From the NCBI GenBank assembly GCA_965287045.1, contig OZ336877.1, positions 51,336,001 through 51,400,000 of the forward strand: a stretch of DNA of 64,000 nucleotides, read 5' to 3'. Origin of the DNA: Carcharhinus amblyrhynchos. Taxonomy: Eukaryota. The notes under the pieces were generated by a model. The model was not told where the DNA came from. It worked only from the letters and a program-made list of their open reading frames with translations, and did no database searches. Positions 1 to 14,420 of this stretch are shown here, one piece after another; position 1 is the first letter of the stretch; each line of letters opens with the position of its first letter. The position numbers and the translations under genes are program-made.

Positions 1-2285
1 TACTGAAAACCTTTGATAGATGCACCTTCTCATGTTCCACGTTAACTTCATCAGCAACTTGTTTTCCTTCCTTGTTCATTTGCAATGCTGAGCAGCTCTT
101 CATATCCAGTGATTAAAACATTCACCCAAAATCTTCTGGTTCTGTCTCCCTCGACTTTGCAGATTGGATTTTTGTTTTTGGGTTATAACCCTGACATCAG
201 GCAAATTTCTGGGACCCAACTCAATGTCACACTGATGTCAGACACACAATGTGGGATAGCTAATCCGTGGCCAGGGGACACATTTGCTGTCCAATTCAAG
301 ACCCAATGTCACATGCAGACAAGAGAGATGGTGCTTCACAAGGGAGGCCAGTGGGTGAAGCTGTTGGCTGATGGCCATGACAGTGGTAGGGTATGTCCCT
401 GGTAGGATAGAGTGCTGTCCCTCCACATCCCAATCCCCTGACCTCAGTCTACTGCCAGGAGTCTGCCTCCATCTCCTAGCTTTGTTTCAGCCTCAGGGAG
501 GGGCTTTCAAACCAACCAATTTCCAGTTGACTTCTACTAAATGATTTAAATAGGCCATACAGTTGGCCTAATAGGTTAACTACCACTTGTGGGTACAGAG
601 CTCTCAACCGCAGATGGTGATGAAGTTAATATGAAGCAAGAAAAGGTTACACACAATAGAGCTTTTAAATAAAAGGAAAGAGGGATGAAGAGTTGCTCTC
701 GGAATACTGTTAAATATATACTTTTAACGTAACTCAAATCTTAAGTAAAGGTTTGTGCAAGATGTTTAAAGGAAGTTGCAGTGCTATTACAACATTGGGG
801 TATTAATCAACTGCTAGAAAACATCATTTCAAAAGTCTCAATTCAAAACTTGTGGTGGTGGTGGATAAAAACCACAGGTCAATCTTCTGTTTTAAATGCT
901 TTTTAAAAATATATAGCTACCATTATTACAACATTCTCTATAGCCAGCCTTCGGTTCATATTTATTTAAGTGCACTATCCAATCTAAATTAGCCAAGCTG
1001 ACCACCAATTTATCTGTACACAAAATTAAGTAAATGTATTGAACGAGTTGGCAGTGATGCAAAAATAAAATACATCTCTTGGGGATTAGAGCGATTTTAA
1101 AAAAAGAGGCAACTATAAAATAAATGTGAGCCTGGCCACTACCTGAAGAACAATTTTTTAACAAGTTGACCAGTGGCAAGTTGTGACTGACTCACTGTCA
1201 TCCTTAGGCATAGATATAGTGTTACATCATAAAGACTTCCTTGATGTATTTGGTAGTAACTTTTGTGTGCATTGGGAGAGAGCCATCAGTGGAGAGGAGC
1301 ACTTTTCCACTTCAGGCACAAGTGTCAAATCAAGCACCCCCAGGTCAGGTGTAGATTAAAGGTCTCTCTATTCTTTGTGACAATGAGCCTTCACTCCAAG
1401 CTCAAAAGAGCACTCCCAACTCCACAAACATTAATTTATTTACTGCTCATAAGAGCCAACTTTATTTTAACCGTTAACTTTGGCTATGAATACCAATTTA
1501 TGCCAAATTACACTTAGTTTTGTGCTGCAGACTCACAGTCACAAGCAATTGGGTTGACACTGCCAAAGTTAATTTTGGATTGGGGCAGAAAAGGCGACTA
1601 TCGTTCCAAATGAAACATAGTTCCAAGGTAACAAGTTAACCAGAGGGCTGACTATGCTAAAAACTATATGAAGCTACATTAAAGACCTTGTGAAACAGTG
1701 TGATGGAGCTCAGACATTTAGGTATCTAAATCTGAACACATCAGAAATAGGAATAAAGTTAAAAGAGTGGAGTTTAATCACTCAATGTAGCAAATGCAGA
1801 TTCTTTCTTCAATCACATTTGCCCGAGCATGTCCTATTTTAAATTCATTCAATATAGAAGTAAAAGCAACCAATAAGGTTAAGACATTCAACATTATGAT
1901 TAGGAAATTCCTCCACAACTAACATCCAGACTGTTTGAATGCAGCTTGAGTTTAAATGACTTGTGAGCTATTAGGGAAATTTATGTATTTATTGATTAAA
2001 CAAGACAATCAAGAGATAATTTTCTCACATTGTATTCTTGATAAGGAAAGCATTATCAAAAGCTCTGATGTATGTAATGCATAAATTTTAACCATAAAAA
2101 TAGTTAAAAATTATTTGCTGTAAGCACTATAAATTCTGATACATACGTCTGGCAAATGAGGCTTCCGACTAGGAATGGGAAGTTGGAAAACAATACCTAC
2201 AGTCTGAATCTTAGAAAAGTTATGTTGTGTAAGTATTTATCCCTAGCTTTATTGAATGTGTGACATTTTGTCTAACTGTTACATT

Positions 2286-2403
2286 GGTGGAATCTTATCA
2301 CTGTTTACACTGGCGGGATTTTCCCATCCCACTCCAGTGATGGGAAATTTGGCTGACTGCCAAATTCTCCGACCTTGCTGCAGTGGGAGAGTGGCATGAG
2401 CCC
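2286..2403. mobile_element. Truncated copy of the same MITE family as 22394-22529
   Basis: GGCGGGATTTTCCC..CAGTGA..ATTTGGCTGACTGCCAAATTCTCC..GCAGTGG aligns by eye to the reverse complement of 22420-22502. Confidence 0.6.
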
Positions 2404-2419
2404 ATTGCTTCTTCTAGGC

Positions 2420-2642
2420 ATTAAAGATCTCCTGGCTCCATTAAAAAAAGACCATGGAGTTATCCCAATATCATAGCCGACATTTTTCCCTCAACTGAAG
2501 TTAGTCAGAAAACCAATCAGCTCACCATTCACCTCATTGATATTTCTGGGATACAACAGATGCCATGTTTGCTTCCGTAACAAGAGTCATCGCATTTTAA
2601 AAACAATTAGTTGTGTGAAGGGATAAGGCATTATATAAATAT
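2420..2642 (+). mobile_element. Deu-domain SINE remnant (SacSINE1/AmnSINE1-like)
   Basis: TAAAGATCTCCTGGC..GGAGTTATCCC..CATTTTTCCCTCAAC..CATTG..TGGGAT..TGCCATGTTTGC..AAGGCATTATATAAAT resembles the Deu domain plus L2-like tail as I recall it. Confidence 0.6.
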
Positions 2643-3639
2643 AATTATCATCTATTATTAAATCACAAGTTAGTTCATAAATTGTGTAGTCCACTTGAAA
2701 TTAGCGTGCCACACCCCCAAAGTGTGAGTCTTTGCAGTTCTCTCGTATATGCTCACCCATTGACTCAGTGACAGTCCCTCCATATTTCAGTTTGTAACAT
2801 TTACTCTGCATATTTTACCAAAAAAATTATAATTAAAAAGAATTCATTCTTCCCAGAGGTGTACCATTTGCCTATTTACTGGATTCCCTATAATTAGTTA
2901 TCAATTAGGAGGACATAATGCAATTTAAAATTAGTAAAGGGAACTTTCAATAGGTGTACAATTGTTTTTAGGCCTTCCCTAGTCCTCAGAAAAAAACACA
3001 GTTTTGAATGCAGATGTTAAATTCAAAGACCTTCACAGCAATATGAAAAATTGGGTACTTCTTTATAATCCCCTGAACAAAATATTGACTTAAAAAATGA
3101 GTCCACTCACAATCATTTTTGTACCAATGACTTCAGAACTCTACTTGTAAAATACTTATTTTAAACGGGCCCACAATTTGTTTTGTTAACAAAAAAACAG
3201 GAGATTGTAATGTCTGGGTGACATATGCTGATGGCAGCGGATGAGGGACAAGAATGTAAACAGGCCTCTACCACCTCCTCCTCTTCTGAGCAATGTTCCA
3301 AGACCACCTGCGAATGGGACATTCCCAAAGGAACACTTGCCCAAAAGAGCTAACTTCACGGATAAATAACGATGTTTTGGTTCTGATATTATTTCTGCCC
3401 ACAGAATTTACATTATGATCATATGAGGCAATTTGGTTAAATATTCTGATGGGCAAAGTATACAGAAAAGATGAGTTATTGAATGATTATTCTGTATTAA
3501 GATACCACAGTGGAATACACAAGAAGTTATAGCATGGAAATAGATCCTTTGACCCAAAAACTTCACACTGGTTTTTATCCTGAACGTAATCAAAAAGTTC
3601 TAATTTTATTGAGCTACTCTGTTCCCATAATCCTTTTCA

Positions 3640-4000
3640 AGTCTAATATTGGATATTGGCATGAGTTTCTGCCTCAACCATTGACTCTGGAAGGAAATTC
3701 CAGAGCCTCAGATCTCTTTGTGTGTCCTCGGATCCAAATCTTTTAAGACTCAATCTTGCGCCTATGACCCTGCAATTAAAATGCATAATTTTAAACACTT
3801 CTATTATATCACCCTGTAATTTGTTGCTTGAAGGAAAAAGAAACCCATCCCTTTAAATCTTTTTTGGTATTTGTATTTCCTAATTGCAGCAGATGTGTTT
3901 TACCTTTCCTAAAGCTTCAATATCCTTCTTGTAACGGGGAGCTGAACACTGTACCAGTACACTGAGGTCTTAAGGTTTTATACTGGCTCATTTTTATCTA
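3640..4000 (-). mobile_element. Highly degraded CR1-type LINE fragment
   Basis: GCCTCAACC..CTGGAAGGAAATTCCAGAGCCTC, CCTATGACCC and CTTCAATATCCTTCTTGTAACGGGGAG..AACACTGTACCAGTAC correspond to the reverse strand of the LWNSLP, RGH and EYCVQFW..KKDI regions. Confidence 0.5.
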
Positions 4001-4607
4001 TTGCTTATAATACATGAAGATAATATCTAGAATTCTATAATCATTTTAAAGATATTACCTTAAAAGTTCTGTAAAACCTACAACTCCATCCCTGTCCACA
4101 AACTCTCCCATGGCGTTGAGCCGACGCACTAACTCTTTCTTATTCCTCGCATCAGATTTCAGTCTATGACACTAATAGTGAAGCTTTAGCATATTAAATT
4201 TACACTTCCAGCCATTAAACTATAACGAGAAGAATTGTGGTCACTGGCCACCATTCACTTCCATCATTGGTGAGCTTTTCATAGACTGAGATTAATGCAT
4301 GACAAACTAACTTGCAAATTTCCTCATATACCACTAAACACGAGTGCATCATCCTTGCTCATGTCTTATGATGTATCCAGAGAGGAGATGCTCTCCTGCT
4401 TACACTTGAACATGCTAAATGGAAACCTTCTGCCACATTTCACTGGCAGAGATTTCACACATAAATACACAGAGTGAGAATAAAATCAACTGGTTGGGTA
4501 GGACATTTCCCAAAAAAGAATGACAAGGAAAATATAAGAAAGAGAATGTGTATGCATGTGTGAGAGCACAGGAACTGATGGGAAGGTGCAAGAATGGGAA
4601 ATATTGT

Positions 4608-5409
4608 GGGTGGAATTTTCCAAAAAAAATGGCAAAGTGTCAGGTTCTGACTGAGAGCCAGTGTGTTTCTCAGAAACACGCAGATTTTCTCTCCAGATCT
4701 TCTGACACTTCTAACAAGGAAAAGCAGTGAAGGGTGTGTTTTGTGCCATCGTATCCAAGTGATGAACCTAAAGATGCTAGCAAGCTGGCTCCACAGAGAT
4801 TAAAGGACGTACCAACCTCAAAATGAAGAGGCAGGCAGCCCACCCTCATGGACATCGGGACCACTCATAAACAAAGACAAGACTCCCAACCCTCTACTCA
4901 AGAAGGCCAACCTCCCCCTGCCACTGAAGGTTGGGGTCACCCACCCCCAAACCATGCAGGCATCATGGTGATCCACCATGCCCCCCATCCATGCCAGCAT
5001 CCCACTCCGCCCAGTTGCTGGCTGGATGCCGGGGACAGTGTCAGGGCTCAGCCCAGTCATGTCCATGATTACCCGGGAGCTACACTGGCCTCCATGCTCC
5101 CAGCTGCAGAGCAGTAGTGATTCCCACCAGAGTGACGTCAATTCCAGTGACTGAGAAAATTGGACATTCCTGGGAGAGATGGGGTTAAGCCATTTAATTA
5201 GATGTCAATTAATTTAAATTCATTCAAATCAGATTCATATCCTTGCTGGGCATGAAGCTGACTACACCATCATGGGGGGAGGTGGTGGTAGTGGGGGGAG
5301 AAGATCTCATTCTGAGATAGCTCCAGAGCAAATCCCGCTAGGCCCCTGGTGAAGGTTTCCAGCCATAACAGGATTTGTGCTTGTGGCAGATGGTTCAGGA
5401 AAATCCCCC
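4608..5409. mobile_element. Degraded non-autonomous DNA transposon (Harbinger-like termini)
   Basis: A GC-rich block within AT-rich intron is bounded by GGGTGGAATTTTCC and GGAAAATCCCCC. Confidence 0.45.
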
Positions 5410-8299
5410 ATGTGTGGGAGTCTTCTGTCTCTATCTGCTACTTCCCTATCTCAGGAGTGAATGATTGTTGTTTGAGGTATCACTGTAGGCTGATGCTAAG
5501 CAACGTTTTGCACCTATTTGTCTATGATTAAATAAAATATATGCTTTACATCTTACATGAACCCATGGTTAGCTTCTTTAATATGCAAATAATAAATCTG
5601 AAGATATATTTCAGCCATAACTTTGTTTTCATATCTGTGCTTCAAGCTCTGCTTCATCACTGCACATCTCTTTTCATAACATCTGTTTGTCATTAGCCAG
5701 GGATAGACTTTTCCAAACAAATTCCTCCTCCATTAAAAAAAAATTGTAATTCTGACCTGCAGTTCTAGTTCTACTGAACCAACAGACTTCACTTGGGAGA
5801 ATAAAAAGCACTATGAATGTTGAAGTTTAACAGGCTTGTCCCCACTGCGAAAGCACCAGATCACTGACGAATTCAGAATGAGCTAAATTCAATTTTTCTA
5901 TGATATAGCATCAGATTTACTGCCGATCAAAAGAATTTCTTCAAATCATTTCTGCAGAAACCAGAACCACTTCAAAAAAATTTTAAAAAAGGTTTTGTAA
6001 CCCAATGCACAACAAAGTTCTAGAGCAGCAAATTCAACGTGTCCTTTCAGAACATTTTTCAAAAAAATATATTTTTTAATCCCCCATGGATAAACATTTA
6101 TCCTTTAAGTCATAGGGATAAAGATTTTAATGGCATCTTGCTTTAAGATTCAAAATAAATAAGGCAAAGATGAGTTCCCATCTTCTTAGAACTAAATTAC
6201 TGAGATTAAAAATATGTAAACACAAAATGATGTATTCCATTTGCATATTACATTTCACTCTTAAAAGTTGATATTGAAGATTAAGCGACAGCATTTAATC
6301 CTCGCTATCCTAATCCCTAAAATTACAAAGACAGACATAAGTGCATGTCTGCTGCAGTAAATTACCTTGAAATAAAGCAAATTCAGGATGAAAAGAGAAG
6401 CATATTTATATTACAGTGATTTAAAAATCTGTTGCCTAAACACATTTTCCTCCAACATTAACTAAAGTATACTGTGGCCAAGAAGCCAGTTTCTTCTACA
6501 AATAAGCAGCTATACTTTCAAACAAATTCCCAAGCCTAGAATAACACTAATATTCTTGAATCTGTTCATGTTTGTGATCAAGAAACTCAATAATCTTTGA
6601 GTTGATTTCTTCCCAGTTGCTGCCTCACCCAGCCCCCGCTTCTGCTGGAGTTGGCAAGACTACTTCCAATAAGATGTCTGAGATATTCTATTATCCTATT
6701 TGGAAAATTTAGTATGGAAGTGGCCTGGGTTTTGGTATCATAAATTAATAGTTGAGTAATTTTACAGACTGTTGCGATACAGTTTGCAATGACGAACAAA
6801 ATGGTGGGTGACTATTTTGAAAAGCCTGCTCTCGATCATTATTGATAGCATTGGCTGGCCTCCCAATTTGTCTTTAAGTAGTGAGGTGTGACTGGATTTT
6901 AAAATAATTGCAACTCCTCTACGTATTTTTATTCTCCTGCAACATCCACAGTTACCGAAAGTTTCTTATTTAGCAACAGAAAAAAGCACCTATGTAACCA
7001 TTCAGTAATTTGGCTTTTGTGTTGTCTCACCCAAAGTAACAAGGCACAAAAATGTTTTATTGATTCAAAGCATTTGGAGGGAAAAATAAACAGAATATAA
7101 GAGTATAATATGTTTATTTTTCTGGAGTATTATCAAGATCTCTATAACAACAATTACCTTTACTTTTAAAGCAACAAGAAGATTCTTCATCACATATTTT
7201 TTTCTAAGGCGAACACCTCTTAAATGTCGACAGTAACCCATATATATTGAAGGGACAAAACAGTTCTTAAGCAATTCCAGTCAAACCTAGTCATGCAGTC
7301 TCACATATGCAATTATAAAAGCAGACTAATGAAGGCTGCACAAATTGCAATTAATTTTCATTTTAAAGATATCATTCCAGACTAATCAACTGCCTATCAA
7401 ATGTCCATGTGAATTACACTGTACAAAAGAAAAATCATTAGCTAGGATCCACAGGCACAACTTCACATACATATAAATAAAGGAATGTTTGATTGGGGAA
7501 TGCACCTAACCCAACAAATTTCAAATGATTGCAAAAGAAAATAAACTATCCCTGTTTTCGATTTTATACTCACAATTACGTTAGATGAAATTTAAGCTCA
7601 TTCAAAACAGCTAGCTACTTCTTTACCTTTGTATGCTACAAGTCCATATTTGATTTCTCAAAATCTGGAATTCACATTTGAAAGCTGGAATTTTTATGCC
7701 CAGAAGTTGTCGATACATATACCAAATACTTATTTTCTACGTAACACGATTGTTTTTTCTTCTCTGGTGCCCATAGACAGTAATGTTAAAGATTTACAAA
7801 AAAAATCTACATTATTACCATACATTTTGTTTAAGCAGCATTTGCTGGTAACTTGAATATTTTTGCAAGTAATAGACTTGGATGAATTTCATGCAACAAT
7901 GAATGATGAGACTTATAATAAATAATTATATCACACTAAAAACTTTCAAATGCAATCCTGTTTAGAGTATAATATCATAGAGTTGGTATGAGTAGGGTAA
8001 CCATATCCAGCATTTGCCTGTTCTTAATGACTCAAAGAACATTAAGGGAAGCAGAAACACAGAAACTCCTTTGTGAAGCAACTTTCATGTCGGCTCAGTG
8101 TGATTGGCATGTCCAGAACTCTTTTTTGGACTACTATATATTGGCGTTATCATCATTACAATGGTTTGGAAGTGAGATTGCATACCAAGGTTCACTCAAC
8201 TCACTCGTGCCCACTTTGAAGATTAGAGTATTTTGTTTTCTTTGATTCCATTCAAAGAAAATGCAAAAATCAACAGTGGCTTTAACCAGATAAAAACCT

Positions 8300-8547
8300 A
8301 AAGTTCATTTATTAGTGTGACAAGTAGGCTTACATTAATACTGCAATGAAGTTACTGTGGAAATCCCCTACTGGCATCTGTTTGGGTGCACTGACGGAGA
8401 ATTTAGCATGGCCAATGCATCTAACCAGCACATCTTTCGGACTGTGGGAGGAAACCAAAGCACCCGAGGAAACTCATGCAGACACAGGGAGGATGTACAG
8501 ACACCCCACAGACAGTGACTCAATCTGGGAATCGAACCACGGTCCCT
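8300..8547 (-). mobile_element. 5'-truncated V-SINE with a different 3' tail
   Basis: On the minus strand there is a B box (GGTTCGATTCCC) and V-domain (TTTCCTCGGGTGCTTTGGTTTCCTCCCACAGTCCGAAAGATGTG). The tail (AACTTCATTGCAG..AAGCCTACTTGTCACACTAATAAATGAACTTT) differs from the other HE1-like copies. Confidence 0.82.
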
Positions 8548-9473
8548 ACATATAACATAAGGGAAGTTTCTTCCTTTATACTTGTGGGGCGAACGATATA
8601 TTGATCTTGTTTGACTACAGCTATTCAAACTACTTCTTAATCACCTTCCCTGGATAACCTAATAACATCTCAGCACAACATCCCACATTGCTCTACTTTG
8701 AACCTCTTAAACTGAGATTGTGGTATACCTTAGCAAGAGTGGCTTAACAGTTTCAACCTATTGATAATGCTCGACACAGGGTGAGAAGAGTTAACTAATC
8801 TACATAAACTGAAATTCATCAAGATTATCCCAAGCAGACAGTTCTTTCAGGTCCATTTCATAGCATTAGGGATTACTGCAGACAATCTAATCCTACTGAA
8901 CCCGAGGGAGGGAAGTAACTTGCAGTTGAAATCCTGACTGATACAAACAAGAAGGTTAAATGGGTGCCTTGGTCTGGGATCAAATGTCACAGTCACTACT
9001 TGCCTACTCAAAAAAAAACTAAAGTTCAGAATCAATTAGGGTACATTATTATGCCTTTCCTTCTGGTCTTATATAATATTTATGTGTAATGGACAGTACA
9101 AAAGATGCAGCAAGTTCTGCAATCAACTTTGCAACTGTTTGAAGAATCGTTAATGATTTGAAAACTTCATGAGCAAAGTTTATTAATAGTGTTGACAAAG
9201 TACCAAGTACAAAGAATGGATTTATTTTTGTTGACTATCAATACTTTTGCTATGTTGACATTGTTCATGCACAAGGTAAAAAAGAATTATTTAGAAGCAA
9301 CCATCAAATCTTAGTCAGAGGAAAAAAATGCAATTAAGAATGGCCTATTTAGAAGGATACCAGTAAGTCCACTGGGACAATGTTAATTTGGACATTGCAT
9401 AGCATTGTGGGTTTTATACTGTAAAGTCATGGTCAGCATGTAAAAAGCAAAAAGGCAAATCTATCCTGACGCT

Positions 9474-10103
9474 GGACAGGCTTTTCCCTCTGGGGTGGTA
9501 GTCAGAGGTCAAAACTATTGCCGGGTTCTGAACCAACCCATGGGAGGAAGCAGTCACCAGCCTCTATTTTCACAGGGAAGTCCTCTCAATTATCCAGGAG
9601 ATGACTTGACATTCAATTAAGGATGGTAAACAGGCTGTTGGAGCCGAATGGCTAGAGGCCTTGTAGCTTTGTAAGGTGCACTAGGCTACAGTAGAAGGTA
9701 AGGTGAGGAAAAAGGTGTTTCAAAATGGAGGCACCGATCTCCAGATTCTTAAAAATTGAATTACAAAAAGCTTTTGAAGTCAAACCACCACTTCTGAAGG
9801 GAAGCCCCTCTCCAACAGGGCAATGGGCTACCCTGGCAGGGAGATACTCTAGGCTTGCTTGGACAGCTGACACCCTGGCTTGCAGCCATGAAGCCATCTC
9901 CACATACACGACCTGGAGGAATCTGAAGGCTGATTGGAAAATCCTAGAAGGGTATTCCTGCTGATCCCCATCACAGCCTTGTGAAAATGGCCCAGAGACT
10001 GGATGGCAACAGGGAACTGGCATTCTGGCCAACTTTTATTCCGGATACTTTTAGCTTCTGTCCACCTCTGTTCATAGTCCTGTCGGGGCTTAAAATCCTG
10101 CCT
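9474..10103. mobile_element. Degraded non-autonomous DNA transposon (Harbinger-like termini)
   Basis: A more GC-rich block is bounded by GGACAGGCTTTT and AAAATCCTGCCT, an imperfect inverted match. Confidence 0.4.
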
Positions 10104-13100
10104 ATTGTTTCAGTTTTCTTGTCACTCACACAATGTGCTCATTTCCTTTATGGTTACAGAGATTAACGCTGAATTAAAAACCCCATGGTTGACCTTCTGG
10201 CTACTGAAGTTAACAGAACACCCTCCCTACTATCGTTAACCTGTTTTAAAGCTCAGAAAATTACAGCAGCTACTGCAGTCCTTTGTTCCCAGCAGGAAGG
10301 TTTCCTCCGTGGTCTGGGAGAGGCAGGGTGGGGTGCTTAATGCCCCATGCTCCTTTTAATGTCTGTCATTTGAAACAGATTTTATAGTTCGTACACATAG
10401 ACAAGTGGTGTGACCTGTCCAGCGAGTGTGACCTCCAGGTAGGAAAAAAAAATCACATCTGGTTATTAATATCAGGCAGCATCAAATGTAATCTTCAAAT
10501 GCATCGAAGGAAGAGACAGCGATTATAGGGTATGCACTGAATTTCAATCAGCAAGCAGCCTAGACTAAGAGTTTGCCTGGAATTGGTGAAATGACCATCT
10601 TGTAGCCATGTGGGATAAAGAAAAACAGTAGAGGGACAGATTAATGAAATGGCTAATGTAAATCTTTTTTTCATTCTGCTACCCATTCTACATTTATCTG
10701 TCCTAATACAACTATTATTTCACATTAGCCCCCTTGTAGATCTTACATTGTCATTAATTTGAAGAGGAAGTGAAAACTGATATATTCAGAGGGAGCTTTG
10801 ATGAGCATAATAGGATGATAACAATTGAGATGATCTGCATTTCACAAACTGCATTCAACTGACGTGTTTTGTGATGGAAAGCTACAATTTTTTTTCTAAG
10901 GGGACTTGTATTGAACTAGTGATGTGATTTTGGCATTATTAATTACAGTTTTACAGGGGTCACAATATCTGGCTCTAATTGCCAAATTGATAAGAATTTT
11001 AATTGAAACCTTTAAAAATGACTAAAACTACATTCAGATTACTCTCACATCTGGATGCAACACAAAATACTAAACACATCAACAAGTTTAAGCTTCAGCA
11101 TGTACAAATATACACACACACAATTTCCAATTTTGCAATGCACAATGACTTTTATGCAAATATGTTAACCACAATTTCTTGACCCTGTAGCAATCACGTT
11201 GAGACAATGACTGTTCAATAATTGGAATTTTCTGTACGTCAGATATTTGATTTAAATTAAAAAGTTGATGCTAGTTTATTCAAATGAAAATAATATGACT
11301 TCAGTGTTAATAACATGCCACTCAGCACCTCAACAGCTTCTACTAAGTTGCAGGGAATAGATATAGCCATAGTTTGCACTCTTAGCTTGCTCTCAAATCC
11401 ATTTCCTCAACCATCCTATATGCAAGACCAAGCAATAGTGCTATCATCCATAAAATGGATAATGAGAGCACCGTGCTAGGCTCCCTCAGGATTCTGCTTC
11501 CTAAAAGTCACCCGAGGACCAGATCTGACTTGTGTCCCTTGCTAACGATAAAGGCAAGCAATTCATATCGGCCCAACTGACAGTCCGACTGAAATTTGCA
11601 AAGATCATTATGGAATCCGGACAGGGTATTCTGCTTCACTGATGACAGATGCAGAGAAAAGACACGGCATAATTAATCAGTTCATTGCTTCTGACGCACA
11701 ACCAGAATGACAACAAACACCTCAAGTAAGAATACCAGGCAATAAGACCCAGCTGAGGAACAGGTGCTGCATGGTTTTTCCAGTACAGAATGCTCAGTAG
11801 GAAGTCAGACAGGCCAACACTGCAAATTCTTCATTTCAAATGACCCAAATAGGCACTGTAAAAGGCACAAAGGAATTGTACATTTATTCCAAAATGTGTG
11901 CCTGTACTCTCTAACCTCAGTTTTTGTTAAAATTCCAGAATTAGAACAATTACGCATTGTAACTAAATGGGACTGCATTGGTGAACAATTAACTATGAGC
12001 CTAAATTGCAGATTTAATTCAAATGTTCACTGGTGGACTTTCTGCATGCTGACAGTATTGTTTCCTCAGTTAGCATTAGTATATGGTGGCTAAGCCTGTA
12101 CATGTTTGCAAGAGTGTTGCATTCATCTCTGCCAACACCTGATTCATGAATGCCATTGTTGGGGATTGAGATTTAGCCATGTAGAGCAAAACTTTACCAG
12201 CCCTCGCATGGAGGCGGCCGATAAAATAGCACGGAACATTTCCCCTGCAGCAGAACCTGATGTGGAATGGCTGCCTGGTGGCCCAAAGAGGGAGCCACTG
12301 GCAGGGGAGGTAGCCCATGTTCCTTCTCGAGGAATTTCAGTTTTCTTTTAAACCGGAAGTCTCTGAGGTTGGAAAGTCCCTACGTGCTTAAGCAGTTACC
12401 AGCTTTCCTCTCAGAGCTGCCTGTCGTATGATTGGACTGACAGCATCAGAAGTCCACTCACCACCCTTAGTTGGGCAGTGGGCCTACAGGCAATCAAGTA
12501 TGTGCCCATGTATGGTAAAATTGGCAAGCTGATCCCACTGCCAGCAAGTACAAGCTCGGGACCCATTTTTCATGCGAATGTCAGGGTCTCCACACCTGCA
12601 GTAATATTTAACCATGGCCAGCTTATACAATAATGTCATCCATGGATGACTTTAGAGCAGACTCTTAACTCCATATGCAAACAAGGAAGTGAAATGCCAA
12701 CTCATCTTTATCAGGTGCTAGGTTTTTTGACTTTATTTCATCTCTTTTATTGCCATTGACAAAGTAATATTAGTTCAACCAATAGTTTCATTAACTTTCA
12801 TGCACCTCTCCTCTCAGCATCTTAACAAGACCCCCAGCTAAATGGGATTTGAGAGACAGAAATAGAGAAAGAAATGCTTGCATTTTCCCAAGTGTTACTT
12901 TAATACCTGTAAAACCCATTTCAACCAAACGCTGCTAAATTTTTGCCATTTAAAACAAATTGATTCTAACCAAAACTAATCTAACCTCACCCCAAAAATC
13001 TGGATGAGACAATGAGTGGAATTTGTGGGGGCCAAAGGAGCCTGCAGGATGGTGAGTGGGCCATGTATTACTGTTGAAGTTGGATATATATAATTTTTGA

Positions 13101-13224
13101 TTGCATTTTCCAAGTTATGAACATATACAGTGGTTAAACAATTCTGTGGACTTACTGGGTGCATTCTGGAAGTTCATTTAAACTACATCCAAAGACATTT
13201 CCCTATCTACTATTCTGTGCGAGT

Positions 13225-13750
13225 GATTCATCTCTTGATTCTCAAAAGCCTGACAACGATTTCTAAAGCAAAAGTCAGATTGTGAGGAATACTTTCCACT
13301 TCCTGTATGAATGTAGCTTCAACAGTCAAAAAAACTCAACACCATCCAAGACAAAGTAACCCACTTCTCCAGGATCCTAACCACCATCTTAAACATTTAC
13401 CCCTTCCATCACTGATGCAGAGTGACAGCAGAGTGCATCCTTAGCAATTCATCAAGACTCATATGACAGCACCTCCAAATCTGTGACCTCTACCACCTAG
13501 AAAGAGAAGAATAAGTAGACACTACCACCTGCAAGTACACTTCAAGCCATACTGGACTATATCACCATTCCTTCTGTCAATGGGTCAAAATTGTGGAATT
13601 TTCTCCCCAACTGTAGGTGTACATACACCACAGGGACTGCAGTGGTTCAAGAAGGCAGCTCACCATCACCTTCTTAAGGACACAAGGGAAGGGGATCATA
13701 CGCTGACTTCATCAGCAGTGCCCACACCCTGTAGATGAATGCAAAGAAGA
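13225..13750 (+). mobile_element. Degraded 3' end of a CR1/L2-group LINE (second family)
   Basis: Remnant peptides QKPDN/SKAKVRL..EYFPL..KKLNTIQDK, HHLQVHF, GSKLWN and PQGLQWFKKAAHHHLLK precede a GCCCACACCC..GATGAAT tail. Confidence 0.7.
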
Positions 13751-14050
13751 GTTTCTTCCTCCAAAAAGTGAATTAAGTTTGCTAGAAATGATCAATGATT
13801 TACAAATCCATTTTGTCCCTCTTTGATCAACTCAGAATTAATCCACGTATTAAGTCACTTTGTTCTCAATTATAAATTCCAATAACTTGCTCACAACCGA
13901 TGTTAGTACGAACAAGTGCATATTATTCTGGTTTCCATTTCTCACATTTCTTAAATAACGGAATTGTATTTGTCATGTTCCAAATTAAAGGGAAGTTCGC
14001 AAAGCTGTAACAAGCTCTAATATTTCCTTCGTGCTCTGGTGGCCACTACT

Positions 14051-14420
14051 GAACAAAAGAAATAGGAGCAGGAGTAAGCCATTCCCCCCTGAAGCCTGCT
14101 CCATCATTCAACAAACTCATGATCGATCTTGTGGTCTTAATTCCACTTTTCTACTAAACCACAACCCTCACTCACCCAGCACCCACGTAAACTCTTGACT
14201 ACCTTCTCAATCAAAGCCTTGCATATATTTAATGACCCAGCTTCCACTGCTCACTGGGGAAGAGAATTCCAAATGTTAACTCCCTTCAGGAGAAAATCTC
14301 CTCCTCATCCCCATTTTAAATGGGAGACAGCTTATTTTGAAACTGTACCTCCTGTTTCGAGATTCTCCCTTAAGGGGAACATCCTTTCAGCATCTGCCCT
14401 GTCAAGACCCCTCAGAATCT
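14051..14420 (-). mobile_element. CR1-type LINE 3' end
   Basis: AAGAAATAGGAGCAGGAGTAAGCCATT..GCCTGCTCCATCATTCAA and GGGGAAGAGAATTCCAAA are homologous to the 3' end at 15471-15700. Confidence 0.8.

Noticed and set aside
12183-12614. GC-richer blocks here and at about 160-620 resembling the 16293-16737 repeat
   Set aside because: They are probably decayed DNA-transposon relatives, but their ends and family could not be fixed well enough to annotate.
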